From the NCBI GenBank assembly GCA_046343855.1, contig JBKDMX010000015.1, positions 15,745 to 79,744 of the forward strand: 64,000 nucleotides of DNA, in the 5' to 3' direction. Both the position numbers and the translations under genes were made by a program. The DNA comes from Planctomycetia bacterium (GTDB taxonomy: Bacteria > Planctomycetota > Planctomycetia > Pirellulales > UBA1268). This document shows, piece by piece, positions 60,301 through 64,000 of this stretch. How positions within the stretch are numbered: position 1 is the stretch's first letter; each line of letters begins with the position of its first letter. A model generated the notes under the pieces. It searched no databases. It was given only the letters and a program-made list of their open reading frames with translations, and was not told where the DNA came from.

Positions 60301-60628
60301 CCAGCCGGTCGAGCGACGCCATCACCTTCAGGAGCAGTTCGCGAAAGAAATCGGCATCGGCTGCGGGCCGCTCGATCGCCGCGGCCAACTCGGACGTCGC
60401 GGCCGACGACGCCGGCCCGGACGTCGCGGCCGCCGGCCCCGCCGCCGATGCCAGCCGATGGAGCACGCGGGCGAGGATCTCGCCGGCGGCCTTGCGGGCA
60501 AACGTCGCTGCGAAGAGATCCCCCACCTCCGCGCCGTCGGCGAGCAGTCGGATCATCCGCGTCGTGAGCGCGTGCGTCTTGCCGGTGCCGGCGCTGGCTC
60601 GCACGCTGACGAATGGCTCCGGGCTCAT
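57341..60628 (-). CDS. addA: AddA/RecB-type helicase-nuclease
   Basis: ASAGTGKT, TF.RKAA.E, DEFQD, VGDDKQAIYGWRG, MTIHKAKGLEF, YVGLTRA, nuclease GVIDRL...IDFK. Confidence 0.9.
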   Translation of the reverse strand: MSPEPFVSVRASAGTGKTHALTTRMIRLLADGAEVGDLFAATFARKAAGEILARVLHRLASAAGPAAATSGPASSAATSELAAAIERPAADADFFRELLLKVMASLDRLAVGTLDSFFVHCADATRFELGLPANWTIGTEAELASQRRRAIHGTIEQAVGDDDGRSPAATMAALLVRVSGGATTTGLESLLEGVVADLAAVHREAEHSAWDWLTVPRPPAEDAINAAMAAIEATAFTDKRLAQARDKDLVAFRAADWKTFAGKGIAGKVLAGEATYSNKPIEPEVEAAYRTLLDLAQTMVLARIKAQTRGMRDVLDRYVETTDRLAAAEGIVSFDDVTRLVGLAASDGTLDAARWRGISFAKHLLLDEFQDTSLAQWRVLERLAEHTATSGGSFFAVGDDKQAIYGWRGGKAELIDSLADFFDQAATPLAMLQLSESYRSSPAVLDVVNKVFEHLAGCEPLAEHAEVAARWAESFVPHAAAARNRSLPGWVRLRTAPAAGDDEKQPDVVLAHAAARAAALARANPAARIGVLVRTNRAAEQVIARLKGCENIVASAEGGNPLDDSPAVELLLSVLTLVDHPSDSIARFHVGRSPLAAALGLDDATAAAAAPPPGCIAAIDRLRRELIDEGYGPVLGRLAAIVAPSGSQRDARRLEQFVESARAWDLAAGGPRVGLARTANFIAQCRRTSVADPVPSPIRVMTIHKAKGLEFDLVVLTDLDRKLMPRAPRVVIDRAGPLAPIRRVLAAVPKELQPLLPAEWKARCDAAPQPIVREAIATLYVGLTRAIQGLEIVIAPAKDNEKKLPTTLAGTLRATLPDTPDAPPDTVLFTHAHHADAGNDRLMAGAATAAPATVTAIAGPIFLAPLADGVRRRGAPLRTPSSAEGGRIMTAAALLDAGSQQAKDVGTLLHAWAEELGWPAIIPSDERLLAIATQHPALATQHPAIAAQHHTLLADFRTMVGRPAVAAVLAEPPAMLPQTFVARGIVAGPAEPRLLREHAFVLRDEQGIMQGVIDRLVVWSRDGKPIAAEVIDFKFDGVGGDAGAAEQARLIAEKTAFYTPQLTDYRRAVGQLFGLAPRCITANLVFMRAGTVVAV

Positions 60629-63537
60629 GGCTCCTCCTCACCGTCATCCTCGACGATCGCGGCGGTCTGGCAGATCGCGTCGAATTCGGGAAACGCCCTC
60701 GCCGCCGCGTCGTTGGCCGGCCAGAAGATGCCCGCCCGCACCCGCCGCACGACCTCGCGGGCCGTCTCGTCGGCGGCCGCGTAATCGGCCTCGGTCCATG
60801 TCGGCGTCTTGATGCCGATCTCCTCCACGCGGGCCGGCACGTTGAAGTAGCCGACATCCACGAGCGCGGCATCACCGATGCCCGGCACCTCGCCGAGCAG
60901 GTGGCGGTAGAGCGGCAGTTGCAAATCCACCCACGCGCCCGCGCGGCGATGGCTCTCCTCGGGAGTCCTGCCCCGCGCCGAGGTCTTGTAGTCGAGCACC
61001 TGCCAGCGGCCCGTCTCGGGATGATGGTCGACGCGGTCGATGCGGGCCGAGAGCTTGATCGGCGTGCCATCCACGTCGAGCGTGGCATCCTTGACGTGGT
61101 GCTCCGTGAGCTGGATCGTCCAGCCCGCCGCCGCCCGGCTGGCCTGCGCATGCGCAAAACATTCGAGCCGGCGCCGCGCCAGCTCGGCCTGCACGGCCAC
61201 CGCCGGCGCCGCCTGCGATCCGTAGCGGAAGTGGACGAATGTGTCGAGGATGCGCGAGAGTTCGGTCGCCAGCAGGTCGCCGTCGGTGCACGAGGCGAGA
61301 TCGTCGCGCTTCGCGAAGCGATCGAGGCATTCGTGGATCAGCGTGCCGAAGTCGGCGGCCCCGAGCTCGAGCGCGTCGTCGGAGACGCGTGCGAGCCGGA
61401 GCCTGTGCCGCAGCCAGTAGCGGTAGGGACAGGCAAGGTAGTCCTTGAACTCCGTTACCCGCATCGAGGCCAGCGCGACAGGGCCCTCCGGAGGCCTGGG
61501 CACCACGAGCCGCGACGACGCCACCGGCACGAGCGCCGCGGCAGCCTCCGGCTCTTCCGCCGCGAAAAATGTCCGCGCGGCCGTCACCATCTCGGCGGGC
61601 TCACGCCGGAAGAGAAGCCGGCTCGGAACCGTCGGCGATCCATCGGCGCCACGGCGCGGCACGAGCACGAGCAGGTCGCGGCGGCAGCAGGCCGCAAGCG
61701 AGAGAATCCAGGCATCGCGGGCCGCGATCCGCGAGGCATCCTCGAGCGCCAGCGGCGTGCGCAGCGTTTCCGGGAGGAGCGGATCGCGGATGTGCCCGGA
61801 GGGCAGGCAGCCCTCGACGGCCGACGTGATCACGACCGCCGCGGCATCGTCGAGCGGCACCTCGAGCCAGCCGACGATGTCGATCGCGTTGGCGATCGGC
61901 AGGGGTGGCACCAGTTCCGCCGACCAGTTCGCGAGCAGGAGCCGCGCGAGACCATCGGAGCCGGCGGCCGCCACGAGCGGATCGGGAATCGTGGCGAGCG
62001 ACGAGAGCAATTCGCCAAGCGACCCAAGCGCACGGGCGACGACGCGGTTGTCGGGGGCATCGCGGTCGATCGACACGCCTTCAAGCGCTACCGCCACGGC
62101 CTGCCGCACCGCGTCGGTCCACGTGGCGGCGAGCGAGCAGCCCTGGGGCGCTGGCTTGGACTTTGCTTTGGATTTCTTCGTGGTCGGCGGGCGATCGACT
62201 GCGGCGGACGCTTGGCGGACCGCCGCGAGCCAGACATCGATGCAATTCATCAAGGCCAGGAACCGCGCATTCGATTCCTGGTGCTCCGGTCGCTCGGCGG
62301 CCTTGGCCAGGTGCTCGCGGTCGATCGCAAGCGGTAGATGGCGGGCGGCGACATCGTCGGCGAGCGCCGCCGGCAGCGCGATGCCGGTCTGTCGTTTGAT
62401 CAAATCGACGACGGCCGGCGCTCGTACGAGCGCGGCGAGCGTCGCGAAGTCGCCGCGGGCCAGCCAGTCGAAGACGGCCGAGAGCATCTGCCAGGGAGTC
62501 GAACGCCTCACGGTGCGGCCGGTGCCGTAGCGGCCTGTCGCGCCGGCGGCAGCGAGTTTCTGCTCGATCGCGGGCGCGACCTTGTCGTCGGGCACCGCGA
62601 TCGTGATTTCGTCGGCGGCGAAGCGGCCGCCGAGGCTTCGCAGCCAATCCACGATCGCGTCGGCCTGCGCGTCGGTGTCGCCCACGAGCCGGATCGAGGC
62701 GAGCGGCAGGGGTATCGCGCGGGTCGTCCAGGCGTCGGGCACGATGCAACCGAAGGCGTCGAAGCAATGTGAAAACTCCTCCGCGGTCATGTCGGGGGGC
62801 GTCGCGACGAGCGCGTCGATCGTTGTGGCGGTCGCGGCCAGCATCTGCCGCTGCAGCGGGTCGATGTCGACCGTGGCCAGGAGGACGATTCGTTTGTCGC
62901 AGCGGACCTCGTGCCGCTTGATGGCTTCGCGGCGGGCGGTCTGGCGATCCCAGCGGCCGGCGGCGTCGATCCGGTCGAGGTAATCCCGCTCGATGCGGGC
63001 GAGGGCATCCCACCGCGCATGGTCGCCGAATCCCGGCAGGACGTGGTCGGCCTGTTTGGCGAATTCATGGAAGCCGAGGCCGATCGACGCCAGTTCGCGA
63101 TGTGCGGCCACGAGCGACCGCGCCACCTCGACGAGCCGGCCCTGCGCGACGCCGATGCCGGGGGCGATCCGTTCCCGGTCGGCATCGCTCGCGCCGGCGA
63201 TCGCGGCGACCCAGGCGAGCGTTTCGACGGCGTCGTCGGCGAGCGGCCGGGCAGGCGCATAAAGAAGCTCGGGGAGTTTGCCGAGCGTGACCGTCTGCGG
63301 CGGCACGAGATCGAGCGACCGCGATGCCGCGAGGTCGAGCAGAATTTCGAGCAGGCGATGCCCGGCCCGTCGGCCCGGCACGACGACCATCACGTTCGAG
63401 AGATCGGCCGCGGCATCGCCCCCCGCGGGATCGCGGGCATGCTCGAGCAGCCATGCGGCGGCCGCCGGCAAGACGCCCCGCGCGGCGTCGAGCCGATGCA
63501 GCGTGCAGCGGGCGGCGGGTGTCGATGCGGTGGCCAA
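60625..63537 (-). CDS. addB: AddB-type partner with PD-(D/E)xK nuclease domain
   Basis: GGAGGAAGGAG RBS and TTG start, VVVPG.R, ACPYRYW, GTLIH, ARIDRVD, LDYKT, LQLPLY. ATGA overlap with addA. Confidence 0.88.
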   Translation of the reverse strand: MATASTPAARCTLHRLDAARGVLPAAAAWLLEHARDPAGGDAAADLSNVMVVVPGRRAGHRLLEILLDLAASRSLDLVPPQTVTLGKLPELLYAPARPLADDAVETLAWVAAIAGASDADRERIAPGIGVAQGRLVEVARSLVAAHRELASIGLGFHEFAKQADHVLPGFGDHARWDALARIERDYLDRIDAAGRWDRQTARREAIKRHEVRCDKRIVLLATVDIDPLQRQMLAATATTIDALVATPPDMTAEEFSHCFDAFGCIVPDAWTTRAIPLPLASIRLVGDTDAQADAIVDWLRSLGGRFAADEITIAVPDDKVAPAIEQKLAAAGATGRYGTGRTVRRSTPWQMLSAVFDWLARGDFATLAALVRAPAVVDLIKRQTGIALPAALADDVAARHLPLAIDREHLAKAAERPEHQESNARFLALMNCIDVWLAAVRQASAAVDRPPTTKKSKAKSKPAPQGCSLAATWTDAVRQAVAVALEGVSIDRDAPDNRVVARALGSLGELLSSLATIPDPLVAAAGSDGLARLLLANWSAELVPPLPIANAIDIVGWLEVPLDDAAAVVITSAVEGCLPSGHIRDPLLPETLRTPLALEDASRIAARDAWILSLAACCRRDLLVLVPRRGADGSPTVPSRLLFRREPAEMVTAARTFFAAEEPEAAAALVPVASSRLVVPRPPEGPVALASMRVTEFKDYLACPYRYWLRHRLRLARVSDDALELGAADFGTLIHECLDRFAKRDDLASCTDGDLLATELSRILDTFVHFRYGSQAAPAVAVQAELARRRLECFAHAQASRAAAGWTIQLTEHHVKDATLDVDGTPIKLSARIDRVDHHPETGRWQVLDYKTSARGRTPEESHRRAGAWVDLQLPLYRHLLGEVPGIGDAALVDVGYFNVPARVEEIGIKTPTWTEADYAAADETAREVVRRVRAGIFWPANDAAARAFPEFDAICQTAAIVEDDGEEEP

Positions 63538-63598
63538 GGCTCCTTCCTCCGGCGGGGGAGGAGCAGTATACGGATTGCACCGCGACGCCGGCACAGCG

Positions 63599-63845
63599 GA
63601 CAGGCGTTTCTGCCTGTCTTCCGCGATGAGACAGGCACGGAGGCCTGTCCTACGGAGGACGCACGGCGCAGCAAGCGTTCTCCTTGAGGCGCCAGGCCCG
63701 GAGGGCCGGGTAAGCACCAGCGAGCGGAGCTCGCCAAGGAAATCACGGCAGGATGCCGTGGATTTCCGGGAAGCAAACCGGCCGGGTGAGCACCAGCCGG
63801 CGGATGCCGGCCAAGGAAAGTTTGGCAGGATGCCAAGACTTTCCG
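63599..63845. repeat. Repeat mosaic: REP-B and variant (63599-63653) plus two tandem family G units (63704-63845)
   Basis: GCCGGGT.AGCACCA, then a GGA(T)-loop hairpin, CAA, then an AGGAT-loop hairpin, repeated twice. Confidence 0.85.
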
Positions 63846-63848
63846 TGT

Positions 63849-64000
63849 TTACAGCCGCTCGATCACGAGCGGGTCGTGGGCGCGCACGTCGCCGATGCGG
63901 AGGGCGGCCTTGCCGGAGAGCAGGTCGTCCACGAGCGGCCCGACCATCTGCGCCCGCCAGCCGGATGCGAGCAGCGGCTGACGTTCCTCGTCGTGGTAGC
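63849..64000 (-). CDS. rnd: Ribonuclease D, 3' end only
   Basis: ...PLLASGWRAQMVGPLVDDLLSGKAALRI... matches the RNase D C-terminal L..GWR..VG pattern. Confidence 0.65.
   Translation of the reverse strand, partial: YHDEERQPLLASGWRAQMVGPLVDDLLSGKAALRIGDVRAHDPLVIERL

Noticed and set aside
57341..63537. Helicase plus PD-(D/E)xK nuclease as an anti-phage system
   Set aside because: Size, order and motifs fit housekeeping AddAB, in a core-gene context.

Overview
High-GC (about 70%, estimated by eye) bacterial chromosome segment. It is almost certainly a planctomycete (Pirellulales-like), judged from the DUF1559 prepilin-type gene with its H-x9-DG motif and lipoprotein partner, the FHA-GAF histidine kinase and the M16 peptidase pair. 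Most of the ~44 CDSs are housekeeping: msrA 3' end, pyc, tsaB, yidC, mnmE, rluD-like, uvrD/pcrA, skp-lpxC-lpxA plus a GnnA-like oxidoreductase, a TroABCD-type metal ABC operon, nfo, acnA, addAB and the rnd 3' end. There is one tRNA-Ser(CGA). No transposase, integrase, prophage or CRISPR array was seen. The most notable items are five. (1) One ORF (36674-38518, minus) joins a secreted domain with a PEP-CTERM exosortase signal, in frame, to a type IV prepilin cleavage motif plus DUF1559 domain; this suggests a two-product polyprotein cut by two different membrane proteases. (2) Many intergenic spacers hold mosaics of at least six palindromic repeat families: GTAG-type REPs, a ~105-bp MITE/REPIN-like element, and hairpin modules whose stems covary around invariant GGA/AGGAT loops. 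(3) A candidate C-rich sRNA with a strong terminator lies at 38819-38990. (4) A metal permease is fused to a DtxR-type domain, with a tandem TTTTG-N6-CAAAA operator over the operon start. (5) The tRNA-Ser is non-canonical. All product calls come from recalled motifs; no database search was run.
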